DNA of 64,000 nt from Candidatus Falkowbacteria bacterium. GTDB taxonomy: Bacteria > Patescibacteriota > Patescibacteriia > Patescibacteriales > UBA12465. The stretch spans positions 45,942-109,941 of the forward strand of contig JAAZJO010000010.1 in assembly GCA_012800315.1 (NCBI GenBank), in the 5' to 3' direction. The position numbers and the translations under genes are program-made. Below the pieces are notes generated by a model. It was not told the DNA's origin. It worked only from the letters and a program-made list of their open reading frames with translations, and ran no database searches. Below are positions 1-8,445 of this stretch, one piece after another. How positions within the stretch are numbered: position 1 is the first letter of the stretch; each line of letters begins with the position of its first letter.

Positions 1-69
1 AATTGTTAAGAGATGAAATTTCATAGTTAGTTTATTGAGTCTATTTTATTTAATTTCTATAAATTATTA

Positions 70-107
70 TAACAAAAAAGCGCTGTTTTTACACGGCGCT
101 TTTTTGC
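70..107. terminator. Palindromic hairpin (aaaagcgc / gcgctttt stem, 12-nt loop) with T-runs on both strands, downstream of khpA
   Basis: Stem aaaagcgc...gcgctttt is read directly from the sequence. The plus strand is followed by tttttt and the minus-strand reading also ends in a T-run. It sits just 3' of the minus-strand khpA stop at 126. Confidence 0.45.
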
Positions 108-125
108 ATATTCAATTTCGTTCTT

Positions 126-452
126 TTAGATTTTTAAATCATCGATTGCAGATGTGTCGATATCTTCACGTTCATCGCGATGTTCGCTGTGACGACGATT
201 ACCGCCTTCTGGATCGTAGATTTTTAAGTTGACACGAGAATTGTTTTTAGCACCAACAATCTTTAATAGAGTGCGGATTGCTTGTGCTGTTTGGCCTTTA
301 CGACCAATAACATAGCCCATGTCAGCTGGATTGATTTTAAGAGTCAATAAGACCCCTCTTTCATCAATCGTTCTGTCAACGACTACATCGTTTGGATTAC
401 CAACGATTTGTTTTACAACAGTTTCTAAAAACTGCTTGTCTTGTTCTACCAT
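126..452 (-). CDS. khpA: KH-domain RNA-binding protein (KhpA/YlqC family)
   Basis: 108 aa with the KH motif VIGRKGQTAQAIRTLL. It lies directly downstream of rpsP, which is the canonical rpsP-khpA arrangement. Confidence 0.7.
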   Translation of the reverse strand: MVEQDKQFLETVVKQIVGNPNDVVVDRTIDERGVLLTLKINPADMGYVIGRKGQTAQAIRTLLKIVGAKNNSRVNLKIYDPEGGNRRHSEHRDEREDIDTSAIDDLKI

Positions 453-540
453 ACGTTTGTTTTAATTTATTAAATAACTGCTAGTTAGCAGATCTATACT
501 ATTAATTATACCATAAATTACCGATTTGTCAACTCGGTTA

Positions 541-1053
541 TTAGGCGTTTTCTGGGGTATTCTCAGCCACCTTTTCTTCTTCAGTCTTTACAGTTTCTTC
601 AGCTGTTTTTTCTTCTTCAGTCTTTACAACCTCCTCTGCCGCTTTTTCTTCTTTCACTTCAGTTTTAGGTGCTTCCTCTGGCATCTTTTCTTCTTTAACA
701 TCAGCTGCTTCAGCTGCTTCAGTTGCTGCGGCTGAACCCTTTTTCTCGGCCTTAGCCTTAGCTTGATTTAAGCGTTTTTCACTTACTTTTCCCGGTTTGG
801 AAGCGACTACCTTTTTACCAGCAATAACCTTTTTTTCAACTAAAAGATTATTAACAGAAGCAGTCATTTGTGCTCCTTTAGAAAGCCAATAGTTAATTCG
901 CTCATTTTTAGCAACTAGTTCTTTAGAATAAGGATTATATGATCCTAAAATTTCTAAAACATTGCCATACGGATCACGGCTTTTTTCCGAAATAATTAAG
1001 CGGAATACTTTTTTGTTTGTTTTACCAGTTTTGGATAATTTAATTACTAACAT
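541..1053 (-). CDS. rpsP: 30S ribosomal protein S16 with a long K/E/A-rich C-terminal extension
   Basis: N-terminus MLVIKLSKTGKTNKKVFRLIISEKSRDPYGNVLEILGSYNP is a classic S16 sequence. The ORF is 170 aa against about 85 for typical S16. The tail carries repeated VKTEEEK units. Confidence 0.85.
   Translation of the reverse strand: MLVIKLSKTGKTNKKVFRLIISEKSRDPYGNVLEILGSYNPYSKELVAKNERINYWLSKGAQMTASVNNLLVEKKVIAGKKVVASKPGKVSEKRLNQAKAKAEKKGSAAATEAAEAADVKEEKMPEEAPKTEVKEEKAAEEVVKTEEEKTAEETVKTEEEKVAENTPENA
574..646. repeat. Tandem direct repeat inside the rpsP tail-coding region (exact 19-nt copy ttcttcttcagtctttaca at 574-592 and 610-628, 36-nt period)
   Basis: Exact repeated 19-mer read from the sequence. 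On the minus strand it encodes repeated VKTEEEK/TAEE units. Confidence 0.6.
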
Positions 1054-1146
1054 AATTTTGTTTTTCAGTATTATTTTATATTGGAAAATAATAGCTTAAT
1101 ATTAGTTAAAAGTCAATAATGATGGTATAAGGGGTTAAAAATAAGA

Positions 1147-3426
1147 TTAACGGCTGTTAAAGCGGTTTGGACGAGATGGTCTGCGACCATTTCCACCAAA
1201 ACTAGGACGATGATTACTAAAACCGTTGCCACTTGATTTACCTTTTTCGCTCTGCCATAAAGCTTGGTTTTCTGGCAAACCTTTCATTGTTAAATTAATG
1301 CGTCCTTGATCATCTATTTCTTTAATTTTAACAGTAATTTCATCACCAATAGAGACAAAATCGCTTGGTTTATCAATCCTATAAGGAGCTAGTTCACTGA
1401 CATGAACCATGCCGTCTTGATTGGAGTTGAGAGCGACAAAGGCGCCAAAATCTAAGAGACGAACAACCTTTCCCTTAATTACTTCACCAACTTCAAAAAC
1501 ATGAACAATTTCCTTTACTTGTCTAACAGCTTCAGCAACTTTATCAGCCTCTGTACCACAAACCATCACTAAACCGTCATCATCTATATTAATGCTAACA
1601 CCGGTTTCATCAATAATGCGATTAATTACTTTACCGCCTGGCCCAATAATCATACCAATTTTTTCTGGATCAACATTAAAGCTGGTAATCCGTGGAGCAT
1701 AAGGAGATAATTCGGCGCGTGGGGCTGGAATAGCTTCTTTTAAGACAGCTAAAATTTCATTTAAAGCGGCGCGGCCTTGAGTTAGGGTTTGGCGAATAAT
1801 TGCTTCATCAAGTCCGATGGTTTTAGTATCAAGTTGAATAGCCGTTAAACCAGTATCAGTTCCAGTAATTTTAAAGTCCATGCCACCATCACCATCTTCT
1901 AAGTCTTGAATATCGGTAATCACCTGCCACTTACTCATATCACGATTAGAGGCTAGACCCATGGCAATACCAGCCACATGTTTTTTAATAGGTACGCCAG
2001 CATCCATTAAAGATAAAGTAGAAGCACAAGTTGAACCCATGGAAGAAGATCCATTTGAGCCTAAAGTTTCAGAAACAACCCGAATGGTATAAGGGAATTC
2101 TTCTTTAGTGGGGATAACGGGCAGTAAAGCTTTTTCAGCTAAGGCACCATGGCCAATTTCTCGGCGACCAGTGCCCCGTAGTGGCGAAGCTTCACCAACA
2201 CAATAAGGTGGGAAATTATAATGGTGCATGTAACGTTTTTTGCTGCGTCCTTCAATACTTTCTAAAGATTGTTCAAGGCTAGGAGCGCCTAAAGTAACTA
2301 CTGACATGACTTGTGTCTCTCCGCGTGAGAATAAAGCTGAGCCATGAACACGTGGCAATAGGGAGGTGTCTGCTAATAAAGGACGAATTTGAGTTAATGA
2401 GCGACCGTCAACTCGCTTTTTTTCCTCTAAAATTGAATGCGTAATTTCTTCGTCAACCATTTTTTCTACCAAAGTTTTGCTAACATAATCACGATCATTT
2501 CTAGCAATACCAGCCTCAAATAAATATTGATCTAATTGATTTTTTATTTCTACTAAAGCGGCTTTACGCTCTGCTTTAGTGTAATAAATTTTATCAAATA
2601 AAATATTTTTGATATTTTTCTTTAACCAGTCTTCGCCCTGTGCTAATAATTTCTTTTTTGCTTCTTCTTGAGCTAATTCATCAGCAGTTTTTAGAGTTTT
2701 TTTCTCTGTTTTTGTTTTTGGAGTAATGTTCGCTTTTAATTCATTAAATAAATCAATAGCTCCCTTCATTGCTTTCATGCCGGCGACAATAGCATCACCA
2801 ACAATTTTTTCAGGCACTTCATTGGCGCCCGCTTCAATCATAATTAAACGATTATCCGTGCCAGCAATAATTAAATCTAAATCACTTTCTGCTTGCTGTT
2901 CGTAGGTTGGGTTAAAAACAAATTCATTATTAATTAAACCAACTCTCACACCACCAATTGGACCAGCCCAATTAATGCCGGAGATAGATAAGGCGGCGGA
3001 AGCAGCCAATAAAGAAACAACGTCGTAATCATTTTCTTGATCAACGGCTAAAACAGAAATAATTACTTGAACATCACGTCTATCTTCTTGATCAAATAAG
3101 GGACGAATAGCCCGGTCAATCATTCGTCCAGTTAAAACAGATTGATCGGTTGGCCGTCCTTCACGCTTAATCCACTGAGAACCTTTAATCATGCCAGCGG
3201 CATAAAGTTTTTCTTCAAAATCAACCATCAAAGGAAAAAAATCAATTCCTTCGCGTTCAGTTTTTGCTTGGACAACATTAGCCATGACAACGGTTTCGCC
3301 ATATTGGACTAAAACCGAAGCATCAGCTTGTAAAGCTAAGCGGCCAGTTTTAACGCTGAGTTCACGACCCAGCCACTGTGTCTTAAACACTTTTTCGTTT
3401 AACATTTTTTTATTGAGTCTGGCCAT
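1147..3426 (-). CDS. pnp: Polynucleotide phosphorylase (PNPase) with an RGG/GNG-like C-terminal tail
   Basis: 759 aa. The ORF has PNPase length and N-terminus, with an RNase PH-like FDQEDRRDVQVIISVLAVDQEND motif. The C-terminal tail is SSGNGFSNHRPSFGGNGRRPSRPNRFNSR. Confidence 0.93.
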   Translation of the reverse strand: MARLNKKMLNEKVFKTQWLGRELSVKTGRLALQADASVLVQYGETVVMANVVQAKTEREGIDFFPLMVDFEEKLYAAGMIKGSQWIKREGRPTDQSVLTGRMIDRAIRPLFDQEDRRDVQVIISVLAVDQENDYDVVSLLAASAALSISGINWAGPIGGVRVGLINNEFVFNPTYEQQAESDLDLIIAGTDNRLIMIEAGANEVPEKIVGDAIVAGMKAMKGAIDLFNELKANITPKTKTEKKTLKTADELAQEEAKKKLLAQGEDWLKKNIKNILFDKIYYTKAERKAALVEIKNQLDQYLFEAGIARNDRDYVSKTLVEKMVDEEITHSILEEKKRVDGRSLTQIRPLLADTSLLPRVHGSALFSRGETQVMSVVTLGAPSLEQSLESIEGRSKKRYMHHYNFPPYCVGEASPLRGTGRREIGHGALAEKALLPVIPTKEEFPYTIRVVSETLGSNGSSSMGSTCASTLSLMDAGVPIKKHVAGIAMGLASNRDMSKWQVITDIQDLEDGDGGMDFKITGTDTGLTAIQLDTKTIGLDEAIIRQTLTQGRAALNEILAVLKEAIPAPRAELSPYAPRITSFNVDPEKIGMIIGPGGKVINRIIDETGVSINIDDDGLVMVCGTEADKVAEAVRQVKEIVHVFEVGEVIKGKVVRLLDFGAFVALNSNQDGMVHVSELAPYRIDKPSDFVSIGDEITVKIKEIDDQGRINLTMKGLPENQALWQSEKGKSSGNGFSNHRPSFGGNGRRPSRPNRFNSR

Positions 3427-3495
3427 TAAATTAAAGAACTGTATCTAAATACAGTGCTATCTATTTAATGGTCAGACTGTTATTAAATTTATTAA

Positions 3496-4032
3496 TTATT
3501 TTCTCTTTTTTAAATTATTTGAGCGACTGTTGCGATTATAAATAAGAAATTTTTTATCGCTTCCTAAATCAGTAAAGTCATCAGCTTCTTCAACTAGGCG
3601 CGAAGAACAGGTTTTTCGGAAAGCCATAATTTCTACTAAACAGCCTTTGTTATTTTGTAGGTAGGAGACTAGTGGTAAATAATCACCATCACCAGAAACT
3701 AGGACAATGACGTCTAGTTTATCGCCTAGTTTAATGGCATCAAGAGTAATGCCAACATCCCAATCACCTTTTTTAGCACCGCCGGCAAAAACTTGTAGAT
3801 CTTTCATTTTTACTTCAAAGCCTTGTTGTTCTAGGGCTTCAATGAAGGGCGCTTCTTCTTGATTTTCGGTCCGTATAGCATAAGCAGTGGCCCGGATAAG
3901 CTTCCGGCCGGCCACTGCTTTAGCTAAAATCTCTTTAAAGTTTACTTTTTGCTTATACAAATTCTTGGCTGAATGATACATATTAGAAACATCCACCAAA
4001 ATTCCTACGCGTTGTTCACTGTGTTTAATCAT
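3496..4032 (-). CDS. NYN-domain (LabA-like, DUF88) putative ribonuclease
   Basis: 178 aa with the NYN signature VGILVDVSNMYH ... DVIVLVSGDGDY. It is inserted between rpsO and pnp with a 1-nt gap after the rpsO stop. Confidence 0.6.
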   Translation of the reverse strand: MIKHSEQRVGILVDVSNMYHSAKNLYKQKVNFKEILAKAVAGRKLIRATAYAIRTENQEEAPFIEALEQQGFEVKMKDLQVFAGGAKKGDWDVGITLDAIKLGDKLDVIVLVSGDGDYLPLVSYLQNNKGCLVEIMAFRKTCSSRLVEEADDFTDLGSDKKFLIYNRNSRSNNLKKRK

Positions 4033-4033
4033 T

Positions 4034-4414
4034 TTATTTTTCGTCTTCTAAATTTTCTTCTAATTCTTCATCGCTTTCAGTTTCTTCAGCGACCTCTTTC
4101 TTTTCTTTCTTTTTTTCTTCTTCCTCTTCTTCCTCAATTAATTTTTTAGCGATTTTTAATTTTAATTTTTCTGCTAAATTTTTAAAGGCTTCAGCATCTT
4201 CTTTTTGCAAATATTTTAATAATTTACGTCTTTCGCCAACTTTTTTTAATAAACCGCGACGAGAAGAGAAGTCGTGCTTATGTTTTTGTAGGTGCTCAGT
4301 TAATTCCTTGATCTCTTCAGTTAAAATAGCAATTTGAACTTGAGAAGAGCCAGTATCGGTTTCATGAACACGAAATTTTTTGATAATTTTTTCTTTTGCT
4401 TTTTTGTCTAACAT
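4034..4414 (-). CDS. rpsO: 30S ribosomal protein S15 with an acidic poly-E C-terminal extension
   Basis: [56 protein letters not shown] matches S15. The tail is [33 protein letters not shown]. Confidence 0.85.
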   Translation of the reverse strand: MLDKKAKEKIIKKFRVHETDTGSSQVQIAILTEEIKELTEHLQKHKHDFSSRRGLLKKVGERRKLLKYLQKEDAEAFKNLAEKLKLKIAKKLIEEEEEEEKKKEKKEVAEETESDEELEENLEDEK

Positions 4415-4495
4415 AACTTTTCGCTTTATCCGAGAAGTGGGCTAAGCTGTCCCTCATCCCAGAAAGAGCATCATTAAATATATTAAATAAGACGC

Positions 4496-4756
4496 TTATT
4501 GCAAAGCGTTAATTTTTTTCATTAATCTTGATTTTTTGCGAGAAGCAGTGTTTTTCTTAATCACGCCTTTTTTGGCTGCCTTATCAATCGCTTTAATAGT
4601 TTTAGGATAGTCTTGCTTAACTGCTTGATCACTATTATTGATTTGCTTTAAGTTGTTTTTTACTAAACTTTTCAGTTTATTAGATACCTTTTTATTAGCG
4701 GCATTTCTTTTTACGGCTTTTCGCAATTCTTTTTCCGCCGATTTCTTATTTGGCAT
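4496..4756 (-). CDS. rpsT: 30S ribosomal protein S20
   Basis: 86 aa, basic, with MPNKKSAEKELRKAVKRNAANKKVSNKLKS and KKGVIKKNTASRKKSRL matching the S20 pattern. Confidence 0.8.
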   Translation of the reverse strand: MPNKKSAEKELRKAVKRNAANKKVSNKLKSLVKNNLKQINNSDQAVKQDYPKTIKAIDKAAKKGVIKKNTASRKKSRLMKKINALQ

Positions 4757-4897
4757 ACTGAATTTTCTAAATATTAATTAATTAAAAGTAATCAAATACT
4801 AACACGATAATAAATAAAAATCAAGAGTGGGGTGACTAAGAGGGAATGATTGCTTTATTGCAAAAATACAGTCTTTATGGACTGTATTTTTTTTGAG

Positions 4898-4971
4898 TGG
4901 TCGGGGCGCTGGGAATTGAACCCAGTCAACATGCTCCCAAAGCATGCGTACTACCGGTATACGACGCCCCG
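4898..4971 (-). tRNA. tRNA-Pro (anticodon TGG), CCA encoded
   Basis: The reverse complement begins cggggcgtcgtataccggtagtacgcatgctttgggagcatg with an anticodon loop ttTGGga. It ends with the T-arm ggttcaattcc, a 7-bp acceptor stem and CCA. Confidence 0.8.
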
Positions 4972-4973
4972 TT

Positions 4974-5048
4974 TGGTGCCTCGGGTCAGAATTGAACTGA
5001 CGACACAAGGATTTTCAGTCCTTTGCTCTACCACTGAGCTACCGAGGC
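4974..5048 (-). tRNA. tRNA-Phe (anticodon GAA)
   Basis: The reverse complement begins gcctcggtagctcagtggtagagc with an anticodon loop ctGAAaa and the T-arm gttcaattctgac. Confidence 0.8.
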
Positions 5049-5090
5049 CCAAGAATCATAATAGATTTATGGGTTTTTTGATAAAAACTG

Positions 5091-5163
5091 TTGCGGGAGT
5101 TGGACTCGAACCAACGACCTCTAGGTTATGGGCCTAGCGAGCTGCCAACTGCTCTATCCCGCG
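5091..5163 (-). tRNA. Initiator tRNA-fMet (anticodon CAT), no encoded CCA
   Basis: The reverse complement is cgcgggatagagcagttggcagctcgctaggcccataacctagaggtcgttggttcgagtccaactcccgcaa. It shows a C1:A72 mismatch and a CGCGGG start like bacterial initiator tRNA. The anticodon loop is ccCATaa. Confidence 0.65.
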
Positions 5164-5191
5164 ATACATTTTCTAATTTAATTTATTAGAG

Positions 5192-5265
5192 TGGGCAATG
5201 GAGGAGTTGAACCTCCGACCTCAACATTATCAGTGTTGCGCTCTAACCAACTGAGCTAATTGCCC
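5192..5265 (-). tRNA. tRNA-Ile (anticodon GAT), no encoded CCA
   Basis: The reverse complement is gggcaattagctcagttggttagagcgcaacactgataatgttgaggtcggaggttcaactcctccattgccca with the anticodon loop ctGATaa. Confidence 0.75.
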
Positions 5266-5325
5266 GTTAATTTTACGAATAAGAATATAACAAATAATAA
5301 ATAAAAAAGCAAGGATTGCCTTTAT

Positions 5326-6294
5326 TTATAATTCAGAAATTAAGAGCGCTAATTCAGTTTTAGTTTGACTAAGACCACGTTTATTAGAAAAATCAAGCCA
5401 GACTAATCGGTTTAAATAGTTTTTAAGGCTTTCGCTAGAGAAATTTTTAGCTTGAACAAGACCTTTTTTAATAATAAAGGGATGGAGACGTAACTGAGAG
5501 GAAATTTCGGCTGGACTTAGCTTATTATTTAAGCAGCTGCGAATTTGTAATAAAATTTTAAATTGGCGAATTAGCATGGCAATTAAATATTCATCACTTA
5601 GACCCGCCGCATATTGCTCCTTTAGAAGTCGTAAAGCAACGGCTTTATTTTTAGCACTTAAAGCATCAGTTAAAGCAAAAATATCTTCACTCACGGCTCC
5701 AACACATAGGTCTTTAACATCATTTTCGGCAATAATTTTAGTTGGACTATAAAAACATAATTTCTTTATTTCACTAGCGAGCAACCAAGGATCGCCGCCA
5801 GTTAAATTAATTAAGGTTGAGGCGGCACTGGCGCTAACTTCTTTTTGATAAGCAGCAGCTTCTTTTTTAATAAAGTTAAGTAGTTGTAGATTAGTGAGTG
5901 GCTTAAATTCTTGGACGAATTTTTGTTTAGTTAAAAAACTAAATAATTTTTTTGCATCAGCTTTTAATGGTGTGTTTTTAGTGTTTAATTCTTCATCAAT
6001 AAAAATAATGATATTACTTTCATCGTTAACAAATTTTTTTAAATAATCAGCTAATTCAAGAAATATTTTTGTTTTTTTATTTTTAAAAATATTATCAATA
6101 ATAACTAATCTTTTTTTAACAAATAAAGAGCCAGTATTAATTTTTTCATTAATTTCTTTTAGCGTGGCTTCTTGTCCATTAATAAATCCTAAACTATCAC
6201 CGTTGGGATCGGTGTCTTTGAGATATTTATTTTTCATTTCTCGGAGCAGGCGATGACTGCGAAAAGTATCGGCTCCATATAAAAAGATAATCAT
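5326..6294 (-). CDS. holA: DNA polymerase III delta subunit
   Basis: 322 aa. The N-terminus MIIFLYGADTFRSHRLL is a typical HolA start. The protein is helical with a clamp-loader delta-like architecture. Confidence 0.65.
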   Translation of the reverse strand: MIIFLYGADTFRSHRLLREMKNKYLKDTDPNGDSLGFINGQEATLKEINEKINTGSLFVKKRLVIIDNIFKNKKTKIFLELADYLKKFVNDESNIIIFIDEELNTKNTPLKADAKKLFSFLTKQKFVQEFKPLTNLQLLNFIKKEAAAYQKEVSASAASTLINLTGGDPWLLASEIKKLCFYSPTKIIAENDVKDLCVGAVSEDIFALTDALSAKNKAVALRLLKEQYAAGLSDEYLIAMLIRQFKILLQIRSCLNNKLSPAEISSQLRLHPFIIKKGLVQAKNFSSESLKNYLNRLVWLDFSNKRGLSQTKTELALLISEL

Positions 6295-6327
6295 AAATTG
6301 AGTGTTTAGCGTGCACAGTTTTTAATT

Positions 6328-7167
6328 TTATTTTTGAGCTTCAATTCTAACCTGTTTTAGAGTGTTTATTTTTTCTGCTAAAAATCTTTCAGCTAGATCT
6401 TTAAATAATTTTGGATTATCAGTGGTGTAGTATTTTCTAACTGGTTTTTTCACTGGCTTTAAACCGAGTTCTGGATGTCTGTTAAGGTAATCTTTCAATG
6501 ATTTAGCGACTAATGCTCCTGGATTGGGAATAAAAACTTTTTTGCCCATAATTTTCACAATTTCTTGATAAAGAAAAGGGAAGTGGGTGCAGCCAAGAAT
6601 GACGGTGTCAACTCGTTGTTTTTTTAGGGGACGCAAATATTCAGCTAGAATCATTTTTGTTTCTGGTCTGTTTAACCAATTTTCTTCAATTAAGGGTACT
6701 AGTAGTGGTGCGCTTTGGGAAATAACTTTAAGACTAGGTTTAATTTTTTTTAATTCAATTTCATAAGCATTGGAGGTAATTGTAGCCTTAGTTCCAAGCA
6801 CGCCAATTCTTTTACTATTTTTATTATTAGCAATTTCTTCAGCGATTGGCCTAATTACGCCTAAGAGACGACGGTGCGGATAGTATTTTGGTAAATAATC
6901 TGTTTGTAAACGGCGCAATGCTTGAGCGGTGGCAGTATTGCAAGCAATAATAATCAGATTGCAACCAGCTTTAAACAGAAAGTCTACAGCTTCACGTGTA
7001 TATTGATAAATAGTTTCTGGAGATTTAGAACCATAGGGCAGGCGAGCATTATCACCGAGATAATAATAATGATAATTAGGTAATTCTTTTAAAAAATATT
7101 TCAAAATAGATAAGCCACCTAGACCAGAGTCAAAGACGCCAATAATATTTTTTTTATTGTCTAACAT
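6328..7167 (-). CDS. murI: Glutamate racemase
   Basis: Carries IGVFDSGLGGLSIL, YYYLGDNARLPYG, IIIACNTATA and ILGCTHFPF motifs. I placed the start at the internal Met MLDNKKNIIGVF (7167) because the longer ORF (to 7251) overlaps murD. Confidence 0.85.
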   Translation of the reverse strand: MLDNKKNIIGVFDSGLGGLSILKYFLKELPNYHYYYLGDNARLPYGSKSPETIYQYTREAVDFLFKAGCNLIIIACNTATAQALRRLQTDYLPKYYPHRRLLGVIRPIAEEIANNKNSKRIGVLGTKATITSNAYEIELKKIKPSLKVISQSAPLLVPLIEENWLNRPETKMILAEYLRPLKKQRVDTVILGCTHFPFLYQEIVKIMGKKVFIPNPGALVAKSLKDYLNRHPELGLKPVKKPVRKYYTTDNPKLFKDLAERFLAEKINTLKQVRIEAQK

Positions 7168-8422
7168 ATTGCTTAAATAGATTGCCGCGTTCTTTATAAT
7201 TTTTAAATATTCCAAAGCTGGCGCAAGCTGTAGATAATAAAACAATGTCACCCGCGGCTGCTTTTTGTTTAGCTATTTTAACAGCCTCTTTCATATCAGC
7301 CACTTCTTTAATTTTTTCTGGAGGAAAATTTATAGCCTTTAATTCTTTTTTTATTTTAGTGGTTCCTTGGCCCGGCAATAAAATTAAAAATTTAACTTTC
7401 GTTTTTATTTTTTTAGCTAAATTTTTAAAACTAGCTCCTTTATCGGCACCACCAGCAATTTGAATGATTGGGGCGGAAAAAGAATCTAAATCAAGACAAG
7501 TACTTTCGGGAGTAGTGGAAAAACTATTATCAAAATATTTAACTTGTTTTATTTCAGTCACTAATTCTAAGCGATGCTCTAGGTTTTTAAAATTAGCAAT
7601 AGTCTTTTTAGCACTCGCTTCTTTTATTTTGAGAACTCTAGCAACAGCTAAAGCGGCAGCAATATTTTTTTTATTATAATCACCAACCAATCTTGAAGCT
7701 GTGTCGCTAGCGGTAAAGAAAATTAATTTGCCGGTTAATTTTTCGCGGCTTAATTTATTTTTTAAAGATTCATTAGCAATTAAATAGCGGTTGCCCGGTT
7801 TTTTAGCGATATTAAGTTTAGCTTGCCAATATTTATTGAAAGAGTGGTGATAATTAGGATTATGTAAGTCAGCTGGCGCTAAATGTTCTTTGTATAAATT
7901 AGTTATCACAGCAATTTTGGGAGCCGAGGCTAAATCTTCAAGTTGAAAACTAGATAGCTCTAAAACAACATAATCAGTTGGCTTAATTTTGTTTAAGAAA
8001 CTTAAAGGGGAGAGGCCAATATTACCACCTAACCAAACTTTTTTCTTAGCATTTTTTAAGATCTGATAAATTAAAGTAGCAGTTGTCCCTTTGCCCTTAG
8101 TGCCAGTGACGCCAATAATATTTTTTGTTGGACAGAGTTTTAAAAAAAGACTTAAGGGATTAATAATTTCAGTTTTTCCTTTTTTTCTGGCTTCAGTAAT
8201 GCCCGGACAAAATAAGGGCCAGCCGGGGGAGCGGAAAAGAATATCAAATTTATATAAATTTTTATTAAAGCCTTGAGGATCTTGGTGGGCGTCTTTAACT
8301 GTAATGGTGGCGTTAATTTTTTGTTCTTTTAATAATTTTAAGACAGCTTGATTATCAAGCCCTAGTCCTAGTAAAGCGATTTTTTTGCCATTTAATTTTT
8401 GTAGATAAGTAAATTTTGGCAT
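7154..8422 (-). CDS. murD: UDP-N-acetylmuramoylalanine--D-glutamate ligase
   Basis: 422 aa with the Mur ligase P-loop IIGVTGTKGKGTT and a MurD-like N-terminal Rossmann GKKIALLGLGLDN. It sits directly upstream of murI. Confidence 0.88.
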   Translation of the reverse strand: MPKFTYLQKLNGKKIALLGLGLDNQAVLKLLKEQKINATITVKDAHQDPQGFNKNLYKFDILFRSPGWPLFCPGITEARKKGKTEIINPLSLFLKLCPTKNIIGVTGTKGKGTTATLIYQILKNAKKKVWLGGNIGLSPLSFLNKIKPTDYVVLELSSFQLEDLASAPKIAVITNLYKEHLAPADLHNPNYHHSFNKYWQAKLNIAKKPGNRYLIANESLKNKLSREKLTGKLIFFTASDTASRLVGDYNKKNIAAALAVARVLKIKEASAKKTIANFKNLEHRLELVTEIKQVKYFDNSFSTTPESTCLDLDSFSAPIIQIAGGADKGASFKNLAKKIKTKVKFLILLPGQGTTKIKKELKAINFPPEKIKEVADMKEAVKIAKQKAAAGDIVLLSTACASFGIFKNYKERGNLFKQYVRQ

Positions 8423-8445
8423 CTTAATTAAATAGTTTAATAATA

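Noticed and set aside
526-735. ORF 526-735 (+) rich in F, S and C
   Set aside because: It is antisense to the rpsP C-terminal tail. It is a low-complexity artefact of the repeat on the opposite strand.
4799-5137. ORFs 4799-5008 (-) and 4850-5137 (+)
   Set aside because: They overlap the tRNA-Pro, Phe and fMet genes. The sequence folds into canonical tRNA cloverleafs, so protein coding is implausible.
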